Both the position numbers and the translations under genes were made by a program. A stretch of 64,000 nucleotides of DNA from assembly GCA_047617985.1 (NCBI GenBank), contig JBLGBS010000003.1:1-64000 (forward strand), written 5' to 3'. A model generated the notes under the pieces. That model searched no databases, was not told where the DNA came from, and was given only the letters and a program-made list of their open reading frames with translations. Shown here one piece after another: positions 18,706 to 28,362 of this stretch. Source of the DNA: Candidatus Nanohaloarchaea archaeon (GTDB lineage: Archaea; Nanohalarchaeota; Nanosalinia; Nanosalinales; Nanosalinaceae). The stretch's first letter is position 1. Every line of letters begins with the position of its first letter.

Positions 18706-19133
18706 ACCGCGTTTATTTTACTTCAAATTATTTATTTCTGTTCGAGGTATCTGACTTCTTTTTCTATCGGAAAAATCGCCAGATAGATTTATGCTTGAGC
18801 ATTTCTAGAAGTTTTGGGAGTCAAGAGCTCTATAGGAAATTTGTGTTGATACTGTTTGCTGTGATAAGGCTGAAGCTAATAACAGGCTAAATAAAGAAAA
18901 ATTTTGGGTGTAAGCTGAAAGACCAGTTTATGCTGTGCTTTCGGCTGTTAGATTTTCAGGTCTCTCCTCTTCCCGGATTTCGACCGGTATAGAAGTTATG
19001 ACCTGTAGTTCTAGTTCCATGTGTTTTCCCCTCCCGGATGGTTGAATTAGGGTCGGCGAAATATAAAGGATGATGTCTTTGTCTACATGTCCAAGAGTAG
19101 TAGAAAAAGAGAAAGAGAAAATGAGGGTATAAA

Positions 19134-19748
19134 TTAGCTGAAAGTAGTTGATATTTTCCCGTAACGGCTCTCTACATCGCTCCAGTCAACTACCTGGAAG
19201 AAATTATCGACGAAGTCTCCTCTGTCAGGGCCGTAGTCATGGTAGTAGCTGTGCTCCCAGACATCGACCGCTAGGATTGGATGCGCACCCCAGACTGCTC
19301 CCTCATCGTGGCGGTCAACCGTGACATTGTGGAGCTCGTCTTCTCGAGGGATGTATACCAGCAGTGCCCATCCAGAAGCGCTTGAAGCTGCTGCTTTGAA
19401 TTCTTTTTTCCAGTTCTCGTAGCTTCCGAAGTCTTCCTCAATTTTGTCTATTAGCTCTCCTTCCGGTTTTCCTCCACCGTTGGGACTCATGTTTTTCCAG
19501 AAAATCTCGTGAAGTACGTTTCCACAGTAGTTGTGGGTGAAGCTGTTTAGGATCGAGCCTGTTGAGGAGAAATCTCCTTTTTCTCTCTGCTCATCCAGTT
19601 TTTTCTCGGCCTTGTTCGCTCCGTCAACATATCCCTGGTGGTGTGTGTCGTGGTGCCATTTCATCACTTGTTCTGATATATGCGGTGTTAGAGCATCGTA
19701 TTCGTAAGGTAGTTCGATTAGTCCGTATTCTGCCATTGTTTGATTCAC
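19134..19748 (-). CDS. sod: Fe/Mn superoxide dismutase
   Basis: HHDTHH..., DVWEHSYY and WALLVY are diagnostic Fe/Mn-SOD metal-ligand motifs. Confidence 0.9.
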   Translation of the reverse strand: MNQTMAEYGLIELPYEYDALTPHISEQVMKWHHDTHHQGYVDGANKAEKKLDEQREKGDFSSTGSILNSFTHNYCGNVLHEIFWKNMSPNGGGKPEGELIDKIEEDFGSYENWKKEFKAAASSASGWALLVYIPREDELHNVTVDRHDEGAVWGAHPILAVDVWEHSYYHDYGPDRGDFVDNFFQVVDWSDVESRYGKISTTFS

Positions 19749-19840
19749 CTGTTGAAGTATTGGCTCCGGATTGTCTTAACATTTGTTATTCAGACTGATC
19801 TAGATAAGACATTTAATTTCTGCAGAGAAGATATTTTTCT

Positions 19841-20602
19841 ATGGATAAAGTGGCAGTTGTTACCGGTGCAGGACAGGGAATTGGAGAAGCTATAGCTCTC
19901 AGGTTAGCTGAAGAAGGTTACAGAGTCGCTGTAAACGATAAATATGGGGAGAAAGCAGATTCAACAGTTAAGGATATAGAGGATAATAGAGGCGAGGCTG
20001 TTGCTGTTGAAGCCGATATAAGCAGATCAGAAGGTAGGGAGAAAATCCTTGATGAAACACTTGAGGCTTTCGGCAGGGTTGATCTGCTCGTGAACAATGC
20101 CGGTGTTCAAACCACTACTCCCTTTCTCGAGCTTGACGAGGAAGAATGGGACAAGGTTTTAGATACTAATTTGAAGGCTACCTATTTTTTGAGCCAGCTG
20201 GTCGCTCGACACATGGTTGAGGAAAATATTGAGGGCGATATAGTCAATATCAGCAGTATTCATGAAGATACACCTCGGCGGAACAGGAACCACTACGATG
20301 CTTCTAAGGCAGGAATTAGGATGATTACGAAAGATATTGCTCTGGAGCTTTCAGACCATAATATCCGGGTTAACGCTGTTGCTCCCGGTTTCATAAAGAC
20401 TCCTATGAACCAGGATGTTCTGGAGTCGGAGGAGGAAGTGGAGCTGTGGGAGAGGAATATACCGGCAGGGAGACTTGCTGAACCGGAAGAGGTCGCAGAG
20501 GTGGTCAGTTTTCTGGCATCAGATAGCTCGAACTATATCACAGGAGAGTCGATCACTGTTGACGGAGCTTTAAGTCTTTCAACTATGGAGAATATTTTCT
20601 AA
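19841..20602 (+). CDS. Short-chain dehydrogenase/reductase (SDR)
   Basis: TGAGQGIGEA (TGxxxGIG), NNAG, and the Y-x-x-x-K catalytic dyad (YDASKAG). Confidence 0.85.
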   Translation: MDKVAVVTGAGQGIGEAIALRLAEEGYRVAVNDKYGEKADSTVKDIEDNRGEAVAVEADISRSEGREKILDETLEAFGRVDLLVNNAGVQTTTPFLELDEEEWDKVLDTNLKATYFLSQLVARHMVEENIEGDIVNISSIHEDTPRRNRNHYDASKAGIRMITKDIALELSDHNIRVNAVAPGFIKTPMNQDVLESEEEVELWERNIPAGRLAEPEEVAEVVSFLASDSSNYITGESITVDGALSLSTMENIF

Positions 20603-20651
20603 ACCTAGTCTTTACAGAAAGAAAAATTGAAAGAAGAAAATGTTTCCGGCT

Positions 20652-21269
20652 TTACTGGGATGTGTTGCCGGAAGGTTGCTGTTGCTGCTGTTGAGCCTGC
20701 GTGATCAGATCGTCAATGTTTCTGTAGGACTGCTGTCCAAATGCGTTTGTTGCAGGGAACAGAAGTTCTCCGTCAGGGCTGATGAAGTAGCTCTGAGAAC
20801 CGGATCTTGTTCCGTTCTCTGTCTCAACTGTGCTGTTTATTGTGGCGTAGAACATACCGTTTCTATCTGTAACGGTGATTGAATCAGGCTGTGTGCCTGT
20901 AGCCTCAAACAGCTGGTTGAGAGAGTTCCTAACTTCTGCCTGGCTTCCGCTGTCCGCCATGTTGAATGCAAATCCAGCGACAAGTCCGATCACCAGTCCT
21001 GCAAGTACTCCTCCGACTAGAACCTTTTCCCTGTCGAAGCTACCTAGAAAACCTCCTTCAGTCTCCTGTTCGATATTCTCTACTACTTGCTCTTCAGCTT
21101 CTTCAAGTTTCTCGATCTTCTTCTCAAGAAATTCCTTAACTGTTTTCCTGTCATCTCCCTCTTCTTCGAGGTCGAGCAGTTCCTGGTAATCTGCGTCCTC
21201 CAAATCATTGATTGCTTCCTTTACATCGTCAACGTTCTGATCCAGAAGCTCCTTGTAGTCTTTAGACAT
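20652..21269 (-). CDS. Hypothetical membrane-anchored protein with a coiled-coil N-terminus and a Q-rich C-terminus
   Basis: One central TM helix (VLVGGVLAGLVIGLVAGFAF) and a poly-Q tail. Confidence 0.4.
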   Translation of the reverse strand: MSKDYKELLDQNVDDVKEAINDLEDADYQELLDLEEEGDDRKTVKEFLEKKIEKLEEAEEQVVENIEQETEGGFLGSFDREKVLVGGVLAGLVIGLVAGFAFNMADSGSQAEVRNSLNQLFEATGTQPDSITVTDRNGMFYATINSTVETENGTRSGSQSYFISPDGELLFPATNAFGQQSYRNIDDLITQAQQQQQQPSGNTSQ

Positions 21270-21388
21270 GTGAATTAATTATCCGGATAACCCTTTTATA
21301 AATTAGGCGCTGTCACGCCGGTTTTACAGGGTTTTTATATCTTTCTCGCGCCCGGGCAGGAGAATTGGTGAAGACTGGAAAATGGTTT

Positions 21389-21583
21389 TTAAGCCATTAT
21401 CTTGTCTTTCCAGTCCTTGCTGTCAAGTTCGTCCTCAGTGTCTCTGTCTCCCTGTGTCTCTGCATTGTACTCTCTGATGCACTTAGTGCATTTGTTCATG
21501 CCCTGGTGTTCGGTTATTTCTGCTCTGTTTCCGAACTCCTCTTCGAGTTCTTCGGTTGTTCTTCCACATACTTTGCATTTCAT
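21389..21583 (-). CDS. Small zinc-ribbon protein. The ORF-track N-terminal extension to 21649 is unlikely; start at MKCKVCG.
   Basis: CKVCG...CTKC gives two CxxC pairs in 64 aa. Confidence 0.45.
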   Translation of the reverse strand: MKCKVCGRTTEELEEEFGNRAEITEHQGMNKCTKCIREYNAETQGDRDTEDELDSKDWKDKIMA

Positions 21584-21660
21584 GGTTACATACACAGGTT
21601 TGACCGCAACACTTAATAATCTTTCATTGTTTTCCAGTAACAACAACATCTGGTTTAAGT

Positions 21661-22059
21661 ATGTATCCGTCTTCCTGTGATGTGAAAGGAGAAATTTTCA
21701 CAGGTGAGGGAAAGGCATCAGAGTTTCTCCAGATAGAAGAGTACCAGAATTTCATCGAGGAAGAGGCCGGCTTCGAACCCTTTCCAGGCACACTAAACCT
21801 GAGAGCGGATGTTGAGACGGTTGAGAAGTTCAAGCAAAAGGCCCGGATTCATAAGATGGACGGATTCACTAGGGAGGGGAAAGAGTTTGGAGGCCTGAAA
21901 ATTTTTCTTGGAGAAATTAAAGGCTTGAAATGCTGTATAGTGGAGCCAGAGCTTACCAGGTACGGTGAAGATGTGGTTGAGGTGTGTGCTCCTGTCAAAA
22001 TCCGATCCCGCTTCGATTTAGGGGATGGAGACAGTGTCAAAGTTGAGCCTATCAGCTGA
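21661..22059 (+). CDS. ribK: CTP-dependent riboflavin kinase (archaeal RibK, MJ0056-like)
   Basis: PFPGTLNL matches the conserved PYPGTLN motif. The size is about 130 aa and the N-terminus has the glycine-rich ...GEGKASEFL. Confidence 0.65.
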   Translation: MYPSSCDVKGEIFTGEGKASEFLQIEEYQNFIEEEAGFEPFPGTLNLRADVETVEKFKQKARIHKMDGFTREGKEFGGLKIFLGEIKGLKCCIVEPELTRYGEDVVEVCAPVKIRSRFDLGDGDSVKVEPIS

Positions 22060-22330
22060 TTCCGGCTTTAAGCGCTCTTAAAAGTTGATCCAGCTAGTTC
22101 ATTTAGAAATCTAATAGAGAGTGATCGAACTGAAGAAATGTGCTAGAAAAGGATGCAGTAACCACAGCCTTCTCGGTCTCTGCAACCGCTGTACAGATGA
22201 AAGAGTTGATCTCCAGATCTAGGGATCTGAGCAGTCACGGATAAAGCCACAGTTCCAGCATTTAAGCTCGCAGGCAACAAACTTCCCCATCTGTGAACCA
22301 CACCGCCAGCAGTTTTTCTCAGCCATTTTC

Positions 22331-23485
22331 CTACAGAACCGGTTCGATTAAACCCCCATCTTCCGAACTATTCGAGCTATCCGAATCACCGCCGTCCAGC
22401 AGACCTCCAGAATCCGACTCCGAGTCATTACCTGATCCACTGAATCCAAGGCCGAGCGACTCCTCTTCACATCCCTGGAACTCTGAATCAGTCTCCTGAT
22501 CATCTACAAGTATACCTGTCTGGAAATTGAACCCACAGCTCAAACCCCCATTTCGAGGTATCTGAAGTGTCTGACCGGCTACATCAAAACCAAGCCTGAA
22601 GTTGATCTCTCCCTCGGTCTGCTCATCCTGGGCTGCGTGGCTTACAAACCATTCATCGATCTTCTCGTTAGACATATCAACACGCAGAGTAACTTCTTGG
22701 GTTTCTCCCGGCGGTATAACACCGTTTTCAGGAGCTTTTGTAACTGTTACCTCGTTCGCCTGCCATTTTGCTAGTTCGACAGAGTTCATGTTGAGCTCCC
22801 CGTTGAACTGTGGAACCGGTATAGGGTAACTGTTCGGGTTTCTCAGCTCAAGGTCGACAATCAGCGGTGTGGATTTTCTAGTTACCTTTCCAAAGCTTGC
22901 GCTTCCATCAACTATCTCAATATCTGTCTCCGTTATTTCAGCGCCTGTCGGACTCCAGGAGTACGTTCCCTCGATCTGGCCTACAGCCTGATTCATCTTC
23001 GACTCCAGATCTGTCTCAATCTCGTCGGAGTAGCTTATCCCATCTACCGTAAAGGAACGGTTCAGAGCCATGAAGTCAATGGTAAGCGGGACCTCAAGCT
23101 GTGATACCTCACCGTTTCTCATGTGGCTGACCCACCATTCCGGAACTTTCTCCGGCTTCAAAGTGGTTTCAACTTCAACAGTGTTATTCTCCTCTGAATC
23201 TATCTGAAGTCCTTCCTTGAAACCTTCAGCCAGCGCTATATCATTCATTTTAACCCTGTAAGCTATACTCAGGCTGGACATGTTCACACCGAAGGAGTTC
23301 GGGTTGTAAACGTATCCCTGACTTGTGATATTTATTGAATCCTCGGTCACAGCACCCCAGTCACCTCGATCCTGAAGGCCGTACTGAGGTTTGTCAACAG
23401 CCACTGCAACTCCGCCTCCTATAACAGCTAGTACTCCGAGCGCTCCGAGAACTTTCTTTGAAAGTATCATATTTACTTTTTCCAT
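22331..23485 (-). CDS. Secreted or membrane-anchored tandem LEA-14/WHy (LEA_2) domain protein with a G/S/D-rich C-terminus
   Basis: N-terminal signal or TM segment. Two repeats carry the NPN signature (LELRNPNSYPIPV) and W-x-SH segments typical of the water-stress/hypersensitive-response domain. Confidence 0.55.
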   Translation of the reverse strand: MEKVNMILSKKVLGALGVLAVIGGGVAVAVDKPQYGLQDRGDWGAVTEDSINITSQGYVYNPNSFGVNMSSLSIAYRVKMNDIALAEGFKEGLQIDSEENNTVEVETTLKPEKVPEWWVSHMRNGEVSQLEVPLTIDFMALNRSFTVDGISYSDEIETDLESKMNQAVGQIEGTYSWSPTGAEITETDIEIVDGSASFGKVTRKSTPLIVDLELRNPNSYPIPVPQFNGELNMNSVELAKWQANEVTVTKAPENGVIPPGETQEVTLRVDMSNEKIDEWFVSHAAQDEQTEGEINFRLGFDVAGQTLQIPRNGGLSCGFNFQTGILVDDQETDSEFQGCEEESLGLGFSGSGNDSESDSGGLLDGGDSDSSNSSEDGGLIEPVL

Positions 23486-23510
23486 GTAGAAGATTAAAAC
23501 ATCTTTCTGC

Positions 23511-23816
23511 TCAGTACCACTCAGGCTCTGAAATCTTGATATCGCCGTACACCTTTACCTGACATGAAAGTCTGAAATCTCCTTCCAGAACTTCTTCCCC
23601 CTGGAACCGTCTTAAAGTGTTTTTCTCATCTTCCTGCATATCAGAGATATTCTCCGATCCGTCCTCTATCTTGATACGGCAGGTAGTACAGTTGCAGAAA
23701 CCTCCACAGGCGTGCATCCACTCGACTCCTCCTTCCAGCAGAGCGTTTAAAACATCCTGACCGTCCTCACATTCAACTTTCTCGTCCCTGTCGACAACTT
23801 CTATTGTATGAGTCAT
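23511..23816 (-). CDS. 2Fe-2S ferredoxin
   Basis: HACGGFCNCTTC...C gives the C-x4-C-x2-C...C cluster ligands. Confidence 0.8.
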   Translation of the reverse strand: MTHTIEVVDRDEKVECEDGQDVLNALLEGGVEWMHACGGFCNCTTCRIKIEDGSENISDMQEDEKNTLRRFQGEEVLEGDFRLSCQVKVYGDIKISEPEWY

Positions 23817-23855
23817 CTTGCTGTTTTTGATTCTTGGTAGTCAGATTTTTATCCT

Positions 23856-25061
23856 TCAGAGATAGGATGCGGAAAGCCCCAGAAGCAGTGAGAGCAGAAG
23901 CAAAGCCCACATCGCCAGCGAGAACCTGTTAACGTTCTCCAAACCATCTTCTCCTACGAACTCGGTTGTGAAAGTTTCAAGCACAAGCCCTCCATCCAGT
24001 GGCTTGATCGGCGCCATGTTAAACAACCCTATCAGGAAGTTGAGGAAAGCTACAGTGGTCAGCATGGAAATAAACCAGCTTAAACCACCTTGATAATCTG
24101 AGTACTCCTCGTTTATCGTGTTCTGCTGACCCATCAGTATACCGATATAGCCATTTTCGTGGCCTTCTCTTTCAACAGCTGTTAGTGTGAAATTACCTTC
24201 AGAAGTCCACATGCTGACTTCTTCACCAGCTTCAATTTCCCCGGTTATTGATCTTAGCTGGTCGAATGATTCAATTTTCTCACCGTTCACAGCGATTATT
24301 GTTCCGTTATCCATACCAGCTTCTTGAGCCGGATACCCGTCCTGTGCGTTGTAGAACAGTGTTGGGGATGTAAGTCCGGCTGTTAGACCTGTAGCCAGAA
24401 CAAAGAATAGCACCGCAGTGATGTAGTTCGCAAAGCTTCCGGCACATAGAACTTTCAGTCTCGACTTCCAGTTACCTACATCCCATGTGGCTTGAGATTC
24501 TTCTTCGTCTCCATCTTCTTTACCATACTCATCTTCGTCATCAGGCATCATCTTCTCGCCCTCCGGCTCAACGAAAGCTCCAAGTGGGAGTATCCCGACT
24601 ATAACCCAGCCAACCGATCTAAGTTCGATGTCCTCGGCTCTCGCTACAATTCCGTGGCTGAGTTCGTGGACTGTCATCATTACAATTATTGAGATAACCC
24701 AGTACTCTGCCGGTACAAAACTAACTCCGGCCTGGAAAGTAGTTTCAGAAACAGTTCCAGGAAGAATAAGCGATGGCCCGTTCTGCGCTGACTGTCTAAC
24801 CGCCATGTCGTAGAAAGTATACAGAAGCATAGCTAGAGCTGCAAAAACACTGACCAAACCTGTGAAAACACCTGCCCAGCCGTAGAAATTCCAGAACCGC
24901 GGGAATCTTTTAGCAATCCGATCAATTGTTTTTATTCCCTTCTTGGTTCTCCTGATAAATAGTATAGAGTGTCTCTCCAGCTTCTTATCCCTCCAAACGT
25001 ATAGTGCTACTGCTGCGAGAAAACCAAGCAGAAAGATAAGGCGGGCATTTACTTCTATCAT
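23856..25061 (-). CDS. Site-2 protease family (M50) intramembrane zinc metalloprotease. The ORF-track start at 25136 is possible, but MIEVNARL at 25061 is more likely.
   Basis: HELSHG (HExxH) lies in a TM helix, a central acidic/PDZ-like region follows, and LDGG sits near the C-terminus. Confidence 0.75.
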   Translation of the reverse strand: MIEVNARLIFLLGFLAAVALYVWRDKKLERHSILFIRRTKKGIKTIDRIAKRFPRFWNFYGWAGVFTGLVSVFAALAMLLYTFYDMAVRQSAQNGPSLILPGTVSETTFQAGVSFVPAEYWVISIIVMMTVHELSHGIVARAEDIELRSVGWVIVGILPLGAFVEPEGEKMMPDDEDEYGKEDGDEEESQATWDVGNWKSRLKVLCAGSFANYITAVLFFVLATGLTAGLTSPTLFYNAQDGYPAQEAGMDNGTIIAVNGEKIESFDQLRSITGEIEAGEEVSMWTSEGNFTLTAVEREGHENGYIGILMGQQNTINEEYSDYQGGLSWFISMLTTVAFLNFLIGLFNMAPIKPLDGGLVLETFTTEFVGEDGLENVNRFSLAMWALLLLSLLLGLSASYL

Positions 25062-25096
25062 GTGAAGTTTTCGACTATTCAAGTTTAAAAACTCGA

Positions 25097-25399
25097 TCAA
25101 TGATTCTTTCGGTGTTTTTCTGCGTACTTTTTCCAATTGTTTTTGAGAAAATCATAGGCTGAAAAAGCATCTAGATCTGGCTTCTCAATCTTAGGTTTCC
25201 TTGATTTGAAAAGACAGTCCATGTGGACGTATCCGTGTGAGTAGTCTATTCTAACTATTTCGATTTCTTCCTGAGATGAGTCAGTAAAGTGTATTGTAAC
25301 TGCAAAATCTCTTATATTCTGGAATGATGGCTTAACTTTTCTAGTAATTGAATAAAATCTTCCTTTATATTTTCCAAGCAGTTCTGTATTCTTTTCCAC
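25097..25399 (-). CDS. Small basic protein in an AT-rich islet (possible DUF6516-like / toxin-like)
   Basis: 100 aa, rich in K/R/H, unlike the surrounding acidic proteome. Local GC is clearly lower than the neighbours. Confidence 0.4.
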   Translation of the reverse strand: MEKNTELLGKYKGRFYSITRKVKPSFQNIRDFAVTIHFTDSSQEEIEIVRIDYSHGYVHMDCLFKSRKPKIEKPDLDAFSAYDFLKNNWKKYAEKHRKNH

Positions 25400-25486
25400 A
25401 ACTTTAAGATTAATTTTTATCTTTAATCAATCTATTGATGTGGTAAAGCCACAACAAATATAAGCATTTGAGAATAAAGTAAGAGT

Positions 25487-25816
25487 ATGGAGTCAGAAAT
25501 AGAAGAAAGAAATTCTAGCGAAGAATCATTCGCCAATAAACTGGCTAAAGCAGGTGAAACCGATTTTTATGTTATCAGTCTTGAAGATGCAGAGAAATTG
25601 TTAACTGAAAAAAGAATGGAAATCATTTATGTTCTCAAAAATCAAGAAGTATCTTCTAGTAGAGAGCTTTCTAGGGTTTTGGATAGAGATATTAAACAAG
25701 TCTCAGAAGATCTCAATCTATTACATGAGATATCAGTGATTGAGTTTAAACAAAAAGGCAATAGGAAAATACCGCAGCTCAGGCACAAGAATATTTTCAT
25801 ACAGCCAGTAGTTTAG
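25487..25816 (+). CDS. Small HTH DNA-binding protein (in the AT-rich islet)
   Basis: 109 aa. The central SSSRELSRVLDRDIKQVSEDLNLL resembles a winged-helix recognition helix. It is divergent from the basic protein. Confidence 0.45.
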   Translation: MESEIEERNSSEESFANKLAKAGETDFYVISLEDAEKLLTEKRMEIIYVLKNQEVSSSRELSRVLDRDIKQVSEDLNLLHEISVIEFKQKGNRKIPQLRHKNIFIQPVV

Positions 25817-25842
25817 TAGAATATTAAAGAATAGGTCTGATA

Positions 25843-27462
25843 TTGGTTTGTATGTCTCAGGAGAACAAACAGCCGTTATTCTGGAGCGATCAGCTTGCTT
25901 TTGGAACTACTAGAAAATTTGATGAAGAGGATGAGTACGTGTGTGCTTCGGGAATCTCTCCTTCTGGTCTTGTGCACGCAGGGAATTTCCGGGAGATAAT
26001 AACCACCGATTTTGTTGTGAAATCGCTGAAGAATATGGATGAAAACGTCCGTTTTATCTATTCCTGGGACGACTATGACCGATTTCGAAAAGTTCCGGAA
26101 AATGTTCCGGACGAGTTCGAGAAATACATCGGTCTTCCGCTGAGCAAGGTTCCTGATCCTGAAGGATGTCATGACAGTTACGCGGAGCATTTCGAGTCGA
26201 AGCTTGAGGAAGAACTGGAAGGTATGCACATGGATATCGAGTTTATCCGGCAGACAGAAATGTTTGAGAAAGCGGAGTATGCCGACTTAATCAAGAAATC
26301 GATGAATAACAGGCAGAAGATAAAAGCGATTCTGGATCAATACAGAAAAGAACCGCTCGAAGAACCTTATTACCCGCTGAGGGTTTACTGTACAGAGTGC
26401 GGGAAGGACTTCACTGAGGTAAAAGATTACGATGGCGAGTACACTGTAGAGTACTACTGCGAGGAATGTGATGACACCAGAGAACTGAACTTCCGTGAGG
26501 AAGGCAATGTTAAACCTCCTTGGAGGGTTGACTGGCCGATGCGGTGGCACTACGAAGGAGTTAACTTTGAACCGGCCGGGAAAGAGCATTCGGCAGCAGG
26601 AGGTTCCAGAGATACAGCTAACGAGTTAGTTCAGGAGGTTTACAATGATGAGTACCCGGTGCATCAGATGTACGAGTTTGTGACTAAGGACGGTGCCAAG
26701 ATTTCCTCCAGCAGTGGAGAAAATATTTTCACGGTTTCAATGCTGAAAGAAATTTACTCGCCGGCAATCATCAGGTTCCTTTTCGCCGGTACAAAGCCCA
26801 ACAAAGCTTTTGAGATCCCATTTGAGACCGAGGAGATTTTCCAGAGGTACGAGAACTTCGACAAGATAGAATCAGCGTACTACAATCCGGAAGAAGCGAA
26901 GGACGATAAACAGAGGGAGCAGTGGAAACGTATCTACGAGCTCTCAATGGTTGAAATCCCTGAGGAACAGCCGGTCAGAGTTCCTTTCAAGCATGCATCC
27001 TTTATTGCTCAGACAGTTCCAGAGAATCAGTGGAAGGAGAAAGCGGTCAAGTCGCTGAAGAGAACCGACCACATACCGGAGGATATCGATGAGAAAGGTA
27101 TAGAGCAGATTCTGGATAGACTGGAAAGAGCAAAGAACTGGGCTCAGGACTACGCGCCTGAGGAATACAGATACTCGATCAATTTTGAGGTTCCTGAAGG
27201 AGTAATTGAAGATCTTTCAGAAAACCAGGTAGAGGCGGTAAAACTACTGGCTGAAGCTCTAGAGGAGAATGAATACCAGAGTTCTGATGAGCTGGACAGC
27301 CTGATCTTCGATGTGAAAGACGAATCAGAGCTGGGAACCGGGGAATTCTTCTCAACAGTATATACCGTGATGCTTTCACGTGAGCAGGGCCCGCGTCTTT
27401 CAACCCTGATAATGTCTCTGGGCAGGGAAAAATCAGTAGAAATACTGGAGCAGGTGAATTAA
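25843..27462 (+). CDS. lysS: Lysyl-tRNA synthetase, class I (archaeal type)
   Basis: HAGNFRE is the class I HIGH-type motif and KISSSSGEN is the KMSKS variant of class I LysRS. The zinc-binding CTECG...CEEC insertion is present. Length is about 540 aa. Confidence 0.8.
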   Translation: MVCMSQENKQPLFWSDQLAFGTTRKFDEEDEYVCASGISPSGLVHAGNFREIITTDFVVKSLKNMDENVRFIYSWDDYDRFRKVPENVPDEFEKYIGLPLSKVPDPEGCHDSYAEHFESKLEEELEGMHMDIEFIRQTEMFEKAEYADLIKKSMNNRQKIKAILDQYRKEPLEEPYYPLRVYCTECGKDFTEVKDYDGEYTVEYYCEECDDTRELNFREEGNVKPPWRVDWPMRWHYEGVNFEPAGKEHSAAGGSRDTANELVQEVYNDEYPVHQMYEFVTKDGAKISSSSGENIFTVSMLKEIYSPAIIRFLFAGTKPNKAFEIPFETEEIFQRYENFDKIESAYYNPEEAKDDKQREQWKRIYELSMVEIPEEQPVRVPFKHASFIAQTVPENQWKEKAVKSLKRTDHIPEDIDEKGIEQILDRLERAKNWAQDYAPEEYRYSINFEVPEGVIEDLSENQVEAVKLLAEALEENEYQSSDELDSLIFDVKDESELGTGEFFSTVYTVMLSREQGPRLSTLIMSLGREKSVEILEQVN

Positions 27463-27711
27463 TAATCTCAGAAAGCCTTTACACTGTTTTTCAGAGGTTA
27501 AATGAAAAACAGTTCGAGATAGGTGAAGACCCAGAGCTAGCAGAGCTCCACATGAAGGCTTCAAGACACTTTGAGCAGGCAGCTGTATACAGAGAAGAGG
27601 GAACAAATAGACAGCAGGATTACGAACTTGCATCATCTTTGAGGGCGCTTGAGGCCTTCGACGAGGTAGTGGAAAAGGATAAAGGCAGTACAGAACCTTA
27701 CTACTAGTATA

Positions 27712-28362
27712 ATGGAAACTGAAAATTTCAACTTCACTGCCTTGAAGCTGTGCGGGGTTTTTGCTGGAGTTTTCGCTCTCCAGATCTTCACTTCTTTCGA
27801 CCCTGCTTTCAGTGCTTCAAGCTCTCCTTGGTGGAAGTTTTTCACCTCGTTTTTCGGACACGGCGACCTGGAGCATCTAATGAATAATCTGTTTTTCATT
27901 GGTTTGTTCGGCTCGATCTATGAGCGTTTCACTTCCTCAAGAATCTTTCTGGCAACTTTTCTTGTCTCCGCTGTCTTCGCCAATCTTTCAGCGTTCATAT
28001 TCTTTGCTGAAACCTCTATCATCGGAGCATCAGGTGGAGGAATGGGGTTGATGGCTGCGCTGGCAGTTTTCAAGCCTAGAAAGATCGGATTGGCTATGGG
28101 AGTGCCGGCTCCGATGTGGCTGGTTCTTGCAATCTATGTACTGATCAATGTCGCAGGTCTTTCAGCGGTTACCGGCACGGCTTATGAAGCACATCTAATG
28201 GGTCTTCTCTCCGGAGGTCTGATCGGTCTACAGCTGAGAGAGCTTGAATCTGACAGAAAACATTCGGGAAAGAAAAAGTCTGGCGTGAGGAAACAGGAAA
28301 AGGCTGAGGATGACTGGAGTAAGAGAATAAGGGAGTGGGAAGAGAAATGGATGATGAAGTAG
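27712..28362 (+). CDS. Rhomboid family intramembrane serine protease
   Basis: GASGGGMG (the GxSG catalytic Ser) and AHLMGLLSGGL (the catalytic His helix). Six TM helices. Confidence 0.7.
   Translation: METENFNFTALKLCGVFAGVFALQIFTSFDPAFSASSSPWWKFFTSFFGHGDLEHLMNNLFFIGLFGSIYERFTSSRIFLATFLVSAVFANLSAFIFFAETSIIGASGGGMGLMAALAVFKPRKIGLAMGVPAPMWLVLAIYVLINVAGLSAVTGTAYEAHLMGLLSGGLIGLQLRELESDRKHSGKKKSGVRKQEKAEDDWSKRIREWEEKWMMK

Noticed and set aside
22123-22211. Tiny Cys-rich ORF (VIELKKCARKGCSNHSLLGLCNRCTDERVDLQI) in the ribK-LEA spacer, resembling a partial AN1-type zinc finger
   Set aside because: Only about 30 codons, with a GTG or internal ATG start. It may be a fragment, and is too short to call without conservation evidence.
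27465-27707. Possible small ORF immediately downstream of lysS. It is open from 27465, with the first ATG at 27552, giving a 51-aa acidic peptide ending EPYY.
   Set aside because: No recognisable motif. There is no canonical start near the beginning of the open frame. It could be the 3' UTR or a remnant, and cannot be supported without comparative or expression data.
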